The notes below the pieces were generated by a model that was not told the DNA's origin, searched no databases, and saw only the letters and a program-made list of their open reading frames with translations. Position numbers and translations under genes: made by a program. DNA of 64,000 nt from Candidatus Forterrea multitransposorum CG_2015-17_Forterrea_25_41 (GTDB taxonomy: Archaea > Iainarchaeota > Iainarchaeia > Iainarchaeales > CSSED10-239), in the NCBI GenBank assembly GCA_009392915.1, contig CP045477.1:160001-224000 (forward strand), read 5' to 3'. Below, piece after piece: positions 45,171-54,924 of the stretch (the stretch's first letter is position 1; each line of letters starts with the position of its first letter).

Positions 45171-45316
45171 AATTATTTCTTAAACCAAAACATATTTATA
45201 TGTTATTTCTTAAATATTTTTTTAAAATTAATCTACAAATATTTTTTAACTTAAGTTTTTAGCTAAAATTTTAATAATTAATATTTTTTAAAAATACATC
45301 TCTATTTATATTTTTT

Positions 45317-45784
45317 TTGTTTTATTTCTTAATTATGGCAACAAATAAAGCTGTAAAAGCAATAATCTTTAATAAAGATAATCAAATGTTAATTTTAAAA
45401 AGAACTCCTCTTTATAAAAGAAAAGGCAAAATTAATGTTTTAAAAAAATATGCACATTTAGATAAAAAAAATATATATGATCTCCCTGGTGGAAGACTTG
45501 AAATAAATGAAACTATCAAAACTGGCCTTAAAAGAGAAGTTTTTGAAGAAACAGGACTTAAAATTAAAATCTTAAAAAAAGTAAGTTCTTGGGAATTTAT
45601 TTCTTTAGATAATAAAAAAGTAGAAGTGACTAATTTTCTTTGTGAAATTAAAAAGAATACTTCAAATAAAATAATTTTAAGTCAAGAACATGATAATTAT
45701 AAATGGGTTGATCTTAAAAATATTAAAAGATATAGTTTTAAAGATAAAAGTTTTTTTGATTCTTTAAAATTTTTATCTAAATAA
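45317..45784 (+). CDS. NUDIX hydrolase
   Basis: Nudix box LPGGRLEINETIKTGLKREVFEETGL (GX5EX7REUXEEXGU). The true start is probably at MATNKAVKAII (45338). Confidence 0.75.
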   Translation: MFYFLIMATNKAVKAIIFNKDNQMLILKRTPLYKRKGKINVLKKYAHLDKKNIYDLPGGRLEINETIKTGLKREVFEETGLKIKILKKVSSWEFISLDNKKVEVTNFLCEIKKNTSNKIILSQEHDNYKWVDLKNIKRYSFKDKSFFDSLKFLSK

Positions 45785-45814
45785 TTTTTTAAAGAAAAAA
45801 AAAGAAAAGAAGAA

Positions 45815-48013
45815 TTATCTATATGTTTCATCTATATAGCTAATATCTTCTCCAATAACAACTTCTGTTTCTTCTTGACTTGTAAAGTTATATGTCTTTA
45901 ATAAATTATTAGTTATAGTATACAATTCATCTCCAATATATAAACTTCTAGCAATAGATCCATAGTAATATCTATTTTTCTTTGTGTGATCAATAGTTGT
46001 TATTTTACTAATACCATCTTTATCTGCTTTTAAAACAACAAATCCAAACTCAGAAGATGATGTATTATATCTTTCAGTAATAGGAAGTACAACTAAATTA
46101 TTCTTTGAAATATATAAGAATGCTTTATGATCGTAAGATACTTGTGTATTTGAATAACTTGCACTTGAAACCCATTTTCCAACTTCTTTAGGATTTGAAA
46201 AATCACTTACATCAAACAAAGCAACCTTAACTCCAGAATTATTAGTTCCACCCCATTCATTAGCTTCAGTTTCTTGACCAATACCTAATATTAAATTTTC
46301 AGATATTGGATGAAGATAATCAGAGTAACCTGAAATTTTTAAATAACCTAGAACTTTTGGTTTTGTAGGGTTTTCTAAATCAATTACAAAGAAAGGATCA
46401 ACTTGTCTGTATGTAACTAAATAAAGTTTATCTCCCATAAATCTAGCACTATATATTCTTTCATTTGGTGCAATTTCATCAACAATTCCAACTTCATTTA
46501 AAGAACTATTTAAAACTGTAACTGCATTTTTTGAAATAGTAGAATATCCGTTGTAATCTTGATAAGTTGTTGCAACTCTTAAATAACCTTCTTCTTCATC
46601 TAATGAAAATTGATTTAAAAGTTTTCCTTTAACTTCTCCTTGTGATATACTTCCAAAGCTACCATCTAAAAGAAGTTCAATTCTGTTAATGTATGTTTTA
46701 TCATATTGATTTCTTTCTTCTTGATAATATTTATCAGATTCTTCTTGTATTAAATTATATAATTCTTCTTTTTCTTCTTTGTCAAGAGTTTGATAGTAGT
46801 TATTTAATATTTCAATTAATTTTTCAGAATCATTTAAATTACTTTCAATTTCTTTAGCTATATTTGTAGGATATACTTTTTCATAGATTGATTCAAAAAC
46901 TAAATCTTTTGAATAGTTATTCCATCCAAATCTAAAGAAAGGATAATACATATTTTTTTCAGTTACAACATATAGGTTATTATTACTCATATATATTGTA
47001 TTTGAATTATCAAGTATGATTTCTATACTATCAATAATTGAAGATTCTTTTTCTAAATAATTAAGTGAAGTTAAATTATACATTACTTTAGATTCTTCAC
47101 TAACATCTCTTGGCATAATTATTTTAGATTCAAAATTACTTACAACATCATTTTTAATTTCTTTAACAGGCATTATAAATCTATCATAATAGATGTTAGG
47201 GTTAAAATCATATAGATAATCATTAGTTATAATATATACAATTCCATCTTTCATTCTTGATTGATAGTAGTTGCCTTTAATTTCTACGCTGTTAAGTTTT
47301 GAAAGAGAATTTTCTTCTATTCTATAAGTTTCAACAACAGTAAATGGTATATAAGTCATTTGAGGATAAAGATAAGAATATTGAGTAAATTTACTTTCTA
47401 CAATATTTTTTTCAATTATTACATATAAAAGGTCTTCTGTATCTAAGAACATTCCTTTAATTGTTAAATATTCTGCATTTTGATCATTAATTTTAACAGT
47501 ATATTTTTCTTCATCAGCTATAGGAACATCAACATCATTTATTACTGTTATTGTTTTGTCTTTTGCAATAAATATTTGTTTTCCATTAGTTTTTACAATA
47601 TCTCCTTCATCTATACCAGAAACTTGTACATTAGTTTGAGAAAAATCATTTTCAGCTCCTGTTGATTGAACAGAACTATCAGTTGCCATAATAGGCATTG
47701 ATTCTTCCATGGTTTTAGACATATCTCCTACTCTAATACTATTACTTGAATTAGTGGTAGTTAAAAGAGTTAATAGTTCTTGGGAGGTAATTGTTACAAA
47801 TGGTGATTCTTCATTTGTTTTAAAATCACTATATGTTAAATTTTCATAGTTTTTTTCTGTTGATTGATCACTAAGATATTCATCTTGGTTATCATCTATT
47901 ATTTTATTTTTTAAAATATTTTGATTAATTACAAGTCCAACAACTAATAGTGCAAGAACAAGTATTATAATCCCTAAAAATAAATTTGATTTATTTTTCA
48001 TATATCTTTTCAC
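45815..48013 (-). CDS. Large secreted, membrane-anchored hypothetical protein (732 aa), possibly with a beta-propeller domain
   Basis: N-terminal TM anchor LFLGIIILVLALLVVGLVI. Long beta-rich Asn/Tyr-rich sequence. The domain assignment is tentative. Confidence 0.3.
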   Translation of the reverse strand: MKRYMKNKSNLFLGIIILVLALLVVGLVINQNILKNKIIDDNQDEYLSDQSTEKNYENLTYSDFKTNEESPFVTITSQELLTLLTTTNSSNSIRVGDMSKTMEESMPIMATDSSVQSTGAENDFSQTNVQVSGIDEGDIVKTNGKQIFIAKDKTITVINDVDVPIADEEKYTVKINDQNAEYLTIKGMFLDTEDLLYVIIEKNIVESKFTQYSYLYPQMTYIPFTVVETYRIEENSLSKLNSVEIKGNYYQSRMKDGIVYIITNDYLYDFNPNIYYDRFIMPVKEIKNDVVSNFESKIIMPRDVSEESKVMYNLTSLNYLEKESSIIDSIEIILDNSNTIYMSNNNLYVVTEKNMYYPFFRFGWNNYSKDLVFESIYEKVYPTNIAKEIESNLNDSEKLIEILNNYYQTLDKEEKEELYNLIQEESDKYYQEERNQYDKTYINRIELLLDGSFGSISQGEVKGKLLNQFSLDEEEGYLRVATTYQDYNGYSTISKNAVTVLNSSLNEVGIVDEIAPNERIYSARFMGDKLYLVTYRQVDPFFVIDLENPTKPKVLGYLKISGYSDYLHPISENLILGIGQETEANEWGGTNNSGVKVALFDVSDFSNPKEVGKWVSSASYSNTQVSYDHKAFLYISKNNLVVLPITERYNTSSSEFGFVVLKADKDGISKITTIDHTKKNRYYYGSIARSLYIGDELYTITNNLLKTYNFTSQEETEVVIGEDISYIDETYR

Positions 48014-48180
48014 CTTTACTTTTTTATGTAAAATTATTATTAATAAGTATTCTATGCTCTAAAGTCAATATAAACCCTATTTTTTAGTTAGGTTATTTCC
48101 TTTTTATAGTTTATTTTAATTTTAAGTTATTTTTATTTGTTAAAGATTGTTTTTTAAATTATTTGTAACATTTATATTCT

Positions 48181-49008
48181 ATGCATTTTTATATTATTGA
48201 GTTTGTTATAATAATTTTATTTATACTTACTTTAATTCATTTTAGAAAAAATAAGCGATTTTTAATATTTTCATTTATTTTTGCATGTCTTTTTGAAATA
48301 TTTGGAGTCTTTATTTCAGGTTATCTTTATTCTAATGATTTTTTAATAAATATTTATGGTGTTCCAATTTTTATAATTTTATCTTGGGTTATTATTCTAA
48401 CCACATCTTATAACTTAATTTCAACTATAACAAATCATAAATTAACAAAAGCTATTTTAGTATCATTATCAGCAACTGCTTTAGACTTAGTTTTTGAAGC
48501 ATCAGCTGTTTTTCTAAATTTTTGGACTTGGAAAGTAACAGTTCCAAATATTTTAGTAAGTATTGATCCAGCTAATTTTATTGGATGGATGATTGTAAGT
48601 TTTTGTTTTGTTTACTTATATGAGCTAAATTATAAAGCAGGTATGCTTTTTTCTTTTCCTTTTTATGTTTTTTTAGGGATATCTTATAAAATAATATATG
48701 ATTTAATTTTTAAAAATAGTAATATTGATCCTTTTTTCCCTTTCTTTCTATTATTTACTTTTGTTTTTGTTTTGGCAGTTTATTTATTATATAAAAATTA
48801 TAAATTTTCTAAAAATAATCTTTGGTGGTACTCTTTTCTTTTAAGAGTGCCTTTTTTGATATTTGGAGTTTTCTTTTCAATAAAATTTAAACTATTTATT
48901 GATAATTATATTTTACTTTTTATAGTCATGGGACTTTTAATAGAAATTGTTTTCTTATATCTTAGTTTCTCTTATAAATATAATAAATTTAAAAAACATA
49001 TGAAATAA
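48181..49008 (+). CDS. Polytopic membrane protein (275 aa), unknown function
   Basis: About 8 hydrophobic helices. No motif recognised. Confidence 0.3.
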   Translation: MHFYIIEFVIIILFILTLIHFRKNKRFLIFSFIFACLFEIFGVFISGYLYSNDFLINIYGVPIFIILSWVIILTTSYNLISTITNHKLTKAILVSLSATALDLVFEASAVFLNFWTWKVTVPNILVSIDPANFIGWMIVSFCFVYLYELNYKAGMLFSFPFYVFLGISYKIIYDLIFKNSNIDPFFPFFLLFTFVFVLAVYLLYKNYKFSKNNLWWYSFLLRVPFLIFGVFFSIKFKLFIDNYILLFIVMGLLIEIVFLYLSFSYKYNKFKKHMK

Positions 49009-49075
49009 AATTCATTTATAAACCTTACTTCTCATATTTATATATACAATATAATTTTGTGAGAGGTAAATTAAT

Positions 49076-49441
49076 ATGAATTCAAATAAACAAAAAAAAA
49101 TTAATTTTTTAATTAAAATTAATACTTATTTTTTAGCTGCTTTGGTGCTTTATGCAGGAATAAATAAATTATTTATAAATGGAATTGATGGTGTTATTGG
49201 TATGCTTACAGGAGCAGGTTTCTTTTTACCAGTGTTTTTAGCATGGGTTTTAGTTATTTCAGAAATCGGTTCAGGTATAATGCTTTTTACTGGTCTTTAT
49301 AAAAAGTATGTTGTTTTAGTTCCAGCATTTATAATGATTGTGATCACTTTTACAATAGCTTTTGGTAATTGGCAAAGTATGATACAACATTTATTAATAG
49401 CATCTAATTATTTACTTATAGGTTGTATTTCCTCTAAGTAA
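49076..49441 (+). CDS. DoxX-like small membrane protein
   Basis: Four TM segments with the LYAGINKLF...G..G..G pattern typical of DoxX. Confidence 0.4.
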   Translation: MNSNKQKKINFLIKINTYFLAALVLYAGINKLFINGIDGVIGMLTGAGFFLPVFLAWVLVISEIGSGIMLFTGLYKKYVVLVPAFIMIVITFTIAFGNWQSMIQHLLIASNYLLIGCISSK

Positions 49442-49532
49442 TTTTCTTTTTTTTATTTCTTTATTTTTTGGACAGAATCTATTTAAAAACCTTTAGAAAT
49501 ATAATTATTTCATAAAACGGAGTTGATATTTT

Positions 49533-50126
49533 ATGGTTGTTAAACAAAATGATTGGATTGAAGTTGAATATACTGGAAAGCTTAAAGACGGTAATATTTT
49601 TGATACTTCAAAGGGAAGAGAAACCTTAAAATTTAAGGTTGGAACTGGTATGGTTATTCCTGGTTTTGATGCAGCTGTAATAGGTATGGATGAAAATACT
49701 GATAAAGATTTTACTATCCCTTTTGCAGAAGCTTATGGACCAAAAAACACAGAAGCAGTTGAAATCCCTAAAACATCTTTTAAAGATGTAACTAATTTAG
49801 AAAAGGGTAAAAGTTATAATTTTATGACAGATATGGGTCCTATAAAAATTGATGTTGAAGAAGTTTTAGATGAAAAAATTAAGGCAACAGTAAATCATCC
49901 TTTAGCTGGTGAAGACTTAACTTTTGAAATAAAACTTGTAAAAATTTTATCTCCAGAAGAAGCTAAATCTTATGAAGATGCATTAATTGCTCAACATCAA
50001 AATCATGAACATGCTCATTCTGATAAAGAAGGTTCTTGTGCATGTGGAGATCCTGATTGTGAATGTGATGATGATTGTGATTGTTCAGATTCAAAAGATT
50101 CATGTGGTTGTGGACACGATCATTAA
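49533..50126 (+). CDS. slyD: FKBP-type peptidyl-prolyl cis-trans isomerase (SlyD-like) with a His/Cys/Asp-rich metal-binding tail
   Basis: VEYTGKLKDGNIFDTS...KFKVGTGMVIPGFDAAVIGM is the FKBP core. The insert-in-flap region and C-terminal HQNHEHAHSDKEGSCACGDPDCECDDDCDCSDSKDSCGCGHDH are present. Confidence 0.8.
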   Translation: MVVKQNDWIEVEYTGKLKDGNIFDTSKGRETLKFKVGTGMVIPGFDAAVIGMDENTDKDFTIPFAEAYGPKNTEAVEIPKTSFKDVTNLEKGKSYNFMTDMGPIKIDVEEVLDEKIKATVNHPLAGEDLTFEIKLVKILSPEEAKSYEDALIAQHQNHEHAHSDKEGSCACGDPDCECDDDCDCSDSKDSCGCGHDH

Positions 50127-50153
50127 TTTTTTTAAAATAAATAGGATATATTT

Positions 50154-50684
50154 ATGAATAAGTTTCTACATTTATTTAGAAAATTTTCTGCATATATCTT
50201 ATTTATTTCTACTTTACTTTCTTTTATTTTTTCTGAAAATGAATTTTTAAGTATTTTATTTGTATCAATTGCTTTCGTTGCTTTTTTTAAAATAAATATT
50301 TTTGAATTATTTAAAAATAAAAGATATTTATCAAAATTAGAATTATTCTTCTCAATTTTATTATTTGTAAAAGTAATTTTATTATTTGATGTAAATATTT
50401 TTTATAAATATTTAAGTTATTTTTTTGGTTTTTTCTTTTTAATAGTTTATTTTTTATTTTTTTCAAATACACAAAATATTACTACAAATATCTTAGGTGT
50501 TAAGAAAGATAAGGCTTCTCAAGAAGATGATCTTGAAGATTATGACAATTATGAGGATGATTCTCAAGAAGTAGAAGAAGATTCTGATTTTGAGTTAGAA
50601 GATGATTTTGAAGAAGATGAAGATAATTTAGAAGAAGATGAAGATGATTTAGACGAAAATGAGGATATTTCTAAAAAACATTAA
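50154..50684 (+). CDS. Membrane protein with a strongly acidic C-terminal tail
   Basis: Three to four TM helices, then EDDLEDYDNYEDDSQEVEEDSDFELEDDFEEDEDNLEEDEDDLDENED. Confidence 0.3.
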   Translation: MNKFLHLFRKFSAYILFISTLLSFIFSENEFLSILFVSIAFVAFFKINIFELFKNKRYLSKLELFFSILLFVKVILLFDVNIFYKYLSYFFGFFFLIVYFLFFSNTQNITTNILGVKKDKASQEDDLEDYDNYEDDSQEVEEDSDFELEDDFEEDEDNLEEDEDDLDENEDISKKH

Positions 50685-50745
50685 AAATAATTCCTTTATA
50701 TTTTTTTTGCTTCTATATTATATTATACTTGTTATTAAAAAAAAA

Positions 50746-50827
50746 GCAGGGGTTCCCGAGTGGTCAAAGGGGCACGGCTAAGAACCGTGTGCTTAGTGCT
50801 TCGCAGGTTCGAATCCTGTCCCTTGCA
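50746..50827 (+). tRNA. tRNA-Leu (type II, long variable arm, A73). The anticodon loop reads CTAAGAA, giving an apparent AAG anticodon.
   Basis: Acceptor GCAGGGG/CCCTTGC (one G-U pair), D-arm CCC-GAGTGGTCAAA-GGG, anticodon arm CACGG-CTAAGAA-CCGTG, 13-nt variable arm, T-arm GCAGG-TTCGAAT-CCTGT. A34 is unusual for archaea and needs confirmation. Confidence 0.65.
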
Positions 50828-50843
50828 TTATATTTTTTTAAAT

Positions 50844-50917
50844 GCTCGAATAGTGTAGCCCGGTAATCATATCAGACTCTCACTCTGATGACGGGGGTTC
50901 GAATCCCCCTTCGAGCA
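50844..50917 (+). tRNA. tRNA-Glu (anticodon CTC)
   Basis: Acceptor GCTCGAA/TTCGAGC, D-region GTGTAGCCCGGTAATCATA (typical archaeal Glu), anticodon arm TCAGA-CTCTCAC-TCTGA, T-arm GGGGG-TTCGAAT-CCCCC. Confidence 0.8.
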
Positions 50918-50972
50918 CTTATAATATTTTTTAAAAATCTATTTAATAACTTAAATTTGTAATTACTTAATT

Positions 50973-52421
50973 TTGTGTTTTATTATGATTTTCAAACAAT
51001 CAAAGAATCAAATTAAAAGAGATTTCTCTTTTTCTGTAAAAGATGGGATTTTTTGGGTACTAATGAATTCTATAGCTATAATTTTTTTAGTTCCATATTT
51101 AGTTTCTTTAGGTGCAAATTCTTTTCAAATAGGTCTTTTAAATTCATTTCCTTTATTTATAACTTCTTTTTTAGTTTTAATATCTTATAAACTTTTAAAA
51201 ATATTTAAATCTAAAAAACATGCAGTTGTAATTTTTTTAACATTACAAGCTTTAATGTGGATTCCTCTTGCAATGGCTTATTTCTTTTTTCCAAATTCAA
51301 TTACTATTTGGATTATAATTTTAATTTATACAATAATAACTGCTTTAGGAACAATTATTCATCCAATTTACATGGACTGGATAAGAAAACTTTTTCCAAC
51401 AAAACAAATGGGTTCTTATATTGCAAAAAAAAATATAATTTTAGAGTTTGTTTCAATTTTTCCAATTTTTTTAATAGGTTATATTTTAGATGTTATTTTC
51501 AAATCAAATACTTTTATTGGTTATTCAATAATTTTTGTATTTGCAGGAATATTTAGATATTTTTCAACAAGATTTTTAAATAAAATGAGTGAAACAGAAG
51601 ATAAAGAAGCTATTTTAAAACTTGTAAAAGAAAAAGAAAAAATTCCTCTTTTAAAATCTTTTAAAGATGAAGTTATAAAAGATAAGTCTTTTTTAAAGTT
51701 TTTAATTTTTATCATTCTATCATATATTGGTATTCACTTAGCAACTTCTTATGTTTCTTATTTTGTTTTAAACTTTTTAAATTATTCTTCTACTCAATAT
51801 GTTCTATGGAAAATTTCTTTTATTTTAGGAACTGTTTTAAGTTTAAGTTATTGGGGTTATATTTCAGATAAATATAGTCCTGTAAAAGTTTTACAAATAA
51901 GTACTTTATTTATGCCTTTATTTTTAATAATTCCTGCATTCTTTTATTCTAGTTATTCTTTAATGATTTTTTCAATTTTTGTTGGAGGTGTTATTTTTGG
52001 TGCTTTTAATTTAGGGGTTTTAGATTATCTTTTTAAAAATATAAAAAGAGATTTAATAGGTCATAGTTCTTATTTTTTAATAATACAAGCAAGTTCAATT
52101 TTTATTGGAACTCTTCTAGGTTCTGGAATAATTTATTTAGCAACAAAATTTTATTCTTCAGAATTCAAGGCTTTAATATTTTTATTTGTATTTACAATAT
52201 TTTTTAGATACATAGCATTTTTCTATTCTTTAAAGCTTAAAAAATTAGAAAGAAGAGATCTTAGATTTTTTAAATATGTTATTTTTCAAAGACCTGTTCT
52301 TTATGGTTTACTTCAATTTACTCATCTTTCACATGAAGAAAAAAAATTACTACTTGATTTAAAATTAAAATCTGAATTTAAAAAAATTAAATCAAAATTA
52401 TTTAATCAGAAAAAACAGTAG
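50973..52421 (+). CDS. Polytopic membrane transporter, MFS-like
   Basis: About 12 TM helices with a central cytoplasmic loop (KMSETEDKEAILKLVKEKEK). The true start is probably at MIFKQSK. Confidence 0.4.
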   Translation: MCFIMIFKQSKNQIKRDFSFSVKDGIFWVLMNSIAIIFLVPYLVSLGANSFQIGLLNSFPLFITSFLVLISYKLLKIFKSKKHAVVIFLTLQALMWIPLAMAYFFFPNSITIWIIILIYTIITALGTIIHPIYMDWIRKLFPTKQMGSYIAKKNIILEFVSIFPIFLIGYILDVIFKSNTFIGYSIIFVFAGIFRYFSTRFLNKMSETEDKEAILKLVKEKEKIPLLKSFKDEVIKDKSFLKFLIFIILSYIGIHLATSYVSYFVLNFLNYSSTQYVLWKISFILGTVLSLSYWGYISDKYSPVKVLQISTLFMPLFLIIPAFFYSSYSLMIFSIFVGGVIFGAFNLGVLDYLFKNIKRDLIGHSSYFLIIQASSIFIGTLLGSGIIYLATKFYSSEFKALIFLFVFTIFFRYIAFFYSLKLKKLERRDLRFFKYVIFQRPVLYGLLQFTHLSHEEKKLLLDLKLKSEFKKIKSKLFNQKKQ

Positions 52422-54924
52422 CTGTTTTTCCTCCATCCCATGTAATTCTTGGTCTTATTTTTAGAAGCATTACTTTTTCGGAGTTATCATCAATCATTAT
52501 TGCATATCCTTGTTCTTTTGGCATTTGTGCATAATATTTATCCATAGGTATATTTAGATAACTAGGTCTAATTGATGAAACTGCTTGAATATCTTCTTGT
52601 GCTGTCATTCTCATACTTAAGAAAAGATCACATTGAGAGATTGTTTCAGAATGTAGTTTATTTGGTCTTTGGGTTGCAAGGATTAATGAAAGTCCTGGTT
52701 GCCTTCCAACTCTTATCCATTGCAATAAAACATCTAAAGCCATACTAGGTCTGTCTTGAGGCATAAACATGTGTGCTTCATCTATTACCATCCAGACAAT
52801 AGGCATTTCACTTGTTTTTCTTTTTCCTTCAAGAAGATTTTTTTCTTCTTCTTTTCTATAAAGCATTCTTTCTTCATATAGTCTTTTTCCTAAAAGTCCA
52901 ACTATAAGTTCTTGAACTGATTCCATTCCAATTGCTTGTTTATATGTTGAAACATCAATTGTTGTAATTGTTCCTGGCTTTGCAAATTCTTTCATAGTTG
53001 TTCCTGATTTTGAAAAAAGACCCCATGATTTTGCAATTTTCATTCTATTTATTAAAGAGTCTTTAATTTCTTTTGTTGTTTCTGAATCTGTTAAAGCTAC
53101 TTTAATAATATCATCAATATCATAAAGATTTCCAAGTTTTTGTTTTAAAATATCAATACTTCTTGACAGAAGTCCAGATTCTGGATCTCTCCAAGTTAGT
53201 CTAAAAAGACCAAGCCAGTCTTCTAAATCTACTTGTGAAGATCTTATTGAAAAAGGTGAATCAAAAGGTATTTCTTTTTCTTTATAAAAATCTTGTTTTC
53301 CTGCAGGAATCATATTTCTAATACCAATACCATCTGCCTTTAAATCCCATTTATCTAATAGTTCTTTAGGTACTTCTTTATTTGGATAGTTCATGGTCCA
53401 AAAAATACCTACAGTGTCAATAACAATTACAGAAAGTCTATCTTTAACATCAAAAGGTTGTCTTGCAAATTCTTCCATAACAACAGATAGAGTATAACTG
53501 TTGTGTATTATTATATTATTTGCAATAAAATTATGGTTTTTTAAAACTGTTATGTCATAAACTTCAAATTTTCCTTTTAAATGATTAATTTCTTTAATCT
53601 CATCCCAATAGATATCTGATGTTGCTATTTTTTCAAGTTCTTTATTATTTTCTTTTTTTGCAATAATTAATAATTTTTCTCTTGAAGGTGCATAATTTAT
53701 TGATGATCTAATTGCTTTTGGTGTTTTATAATTAAATTCTACACCAATATTTTTCCATCCGTTTAAAGGTTTAAAATTATTCCAAATTTCTTTAGGAATT
53801 GTATCAATATTTGGATTTTTAATTTTATTTTTATATTTTAATGTTTTTTTTTCTTTTTCTCCAATAAATCCAATTTCTTTAATATATTTTTCTACATCTT
53901 GTTCTAATATTTCAAGTTCATAACTATCTCTTTTTTTAGTTTTCTTTTTTCTAATTTTTGAAAGTATTTCTAGTTTTAATAAGATTCCTTGAATCTGTAG
54001 TATCATTTTTTTAGAAGAAGATGAGTAACTTATTCTACATCTTTTTTCTTTTTCAAAATAAATTGTTCCATCACAACTAAACATTCTATTTAAAAATAAA
54101 GCAAGGTTTTCTTTTTTTTGTTTAAATATAATTTCTGGAATTTCTTTTTGATATGATAATTTATTATACATTCCAATTTGTTTAATATATTCTTTTAAAC
54201 TTCCTTTCTGGTATGGATTTTCTTTTCCTTTTTTCCATATAACTTTGTAATTATATTTTCCTATTTCTTTTAAGTCTAGTTCTTTATCAAATAATTTTAT
54301 TGAAGATCTAAAATCATTTACAATTTTGTCATCACCATTACAAAAAAGTACAACTCTATTTGAAAGATGCCCTTCTGCAAGAAGATATGCAATTAATTTA
54401 ATATTTTCTTTTTTTAATTTATCTTTACCTATATTATTTAATTTTCTAGGTGTTGCAATTCTTGACTTTACTTTAAGATCTTTTGCTTCTTTCCAACCTT
54501 CTAAAGTAAGTAATGGATGTTCTAAAGTTAATTTTATTTCTTTTCCACTTCTAAGTTTAATTTCTAAAAGTTCATTTACTTTTCTTTTAAAAAAGTTTTC
54601 TTTTTTAGCTTTTTCTATTTTTAAATTATCATTAATAGACATTACTTTAAGATTTGTATTTTCTAAATCTTTTATTTCAATTTCTCTTCCATCTTCTAAA
54701 GCTATTAAAGTGTCTCCAGTTACACATTTTCCGCCGCCCCTTTTTCCGCAGATAATCATTACATGTGATCTTGAAAGATCCATTAATACTTTTTTACCTA
54801 AAACAGGGTCATCTCCTCCAGAGACAACTACTTTTCCTAAATATCCAGTTGCTTTTTCTTTGTATTTATCAAGATCGCTTTGTTTTCTTCCAACTACAAT
54901 ATTATCTGTAAAATCTAAACTCAT
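52402..54924 (-). CDS. HerA/FtsK-superfamily (DUF87-like) P-loop ATPase interrupted by an intein. The mature extein is about 431 aa.
   Basis: The HAS-barrel-like N-terminus leads into Walker A MIICGKRGGGK, which is immediately interrupted at Cys67. After the intein come SYTLSVVMEE... and the HerA-type Walker B and arginine-finger block MVIDEAHMFMPQDRPSMALDVLLQWIRVGRQPGLSLILATQRPNKLHSETISQCDLFLSMRM. Confidence 0.7.
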   Translation of the reverse strand: MSLDFTDNIVVGRKQSDLDKYKEKATGYLGKVVVSGGDDPVLGKKVLMDLSRSHVMIICGKRGGGKCVTGDTLIALEDGREIEIKDLENTNLKVMSINDNLKIEKAKKENFFKRKVNELLEIKLRSGKEIKLTLEHPLLTLEGWKEAKDLKVKSRIATPRKLNNIGKDKLKKENIKLIAYLLAEGHLSNRVVLFCNGDDKIVNDFRSSIKLFDKELDLKEIGKYNYKVIWKKGKENPYQKGSLKEYIKQIGMYNKLSYQKEIPEIIFKQKKENLALFLNRMFSCDGTIYFEKEKRCRISYSSSSKKMILQIQGILLKLEILSKIRKKKTKKRDSYELEILEQDVEKYIKEIGFIGEKEKKTLKYKNKIKNPNIDTIPKEIWNNFKPLNGWKNIGVEFNYKTPKAIRSSINYAPSREKLLIIAKKENNKELEKIATSDIYWDEIKEINHLKGKFEVYDITVLKNHNFIANNIIIHNSYTLSVVMEEFARQPFDVKDRLSVIVIDTVGIFWTMNYPNKEVPKELLDKWDLKADGIGIRNMIPAGKQDFYKEKEIPFDSPFSIRSSQVDLEDWLGLFRLTWRDPESGLLSRSIDILKQKLGNLYDIDDIIKVALTDSETTKEIKDSLINRMKIAKSWGLFSKSGTTMKEFAKPGTITTIDVSTYKQAIGMESVQELIVGLLGKRLYEERMLYRKEEEKNLLEGKRKTSEMPIVWMVIDEAHMFMPQDRPSMALDVLLQWIRVGRQPGLSLILATQRPNKLHSETISQCDLFLSMRMTAQEDIQAVSSIRPSYLNIPMDKYYAQMPKEQGYAIMIDDNSEKVMLLKIRPRITWDGGKTATVFSD
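53500..54726 (-). mobile_element. Intein (409 aa, residues 67-475 of the host ATPase) with LAGLIDADG-type homing-endonuclease motifs, inserted in the P-loop
   Basis: N-terminal splice block CVTGDTLIALEDG. C-terminal block NNIIIHN followed by the +1 Ser (SYTL). Endonuclease motifs LIAYLLAEGHLSN and LNRMFSCDGTIYFEK. The flanks rejoin as GKRGGGK|S, a canonical Walker A. Confidence 0.7.
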
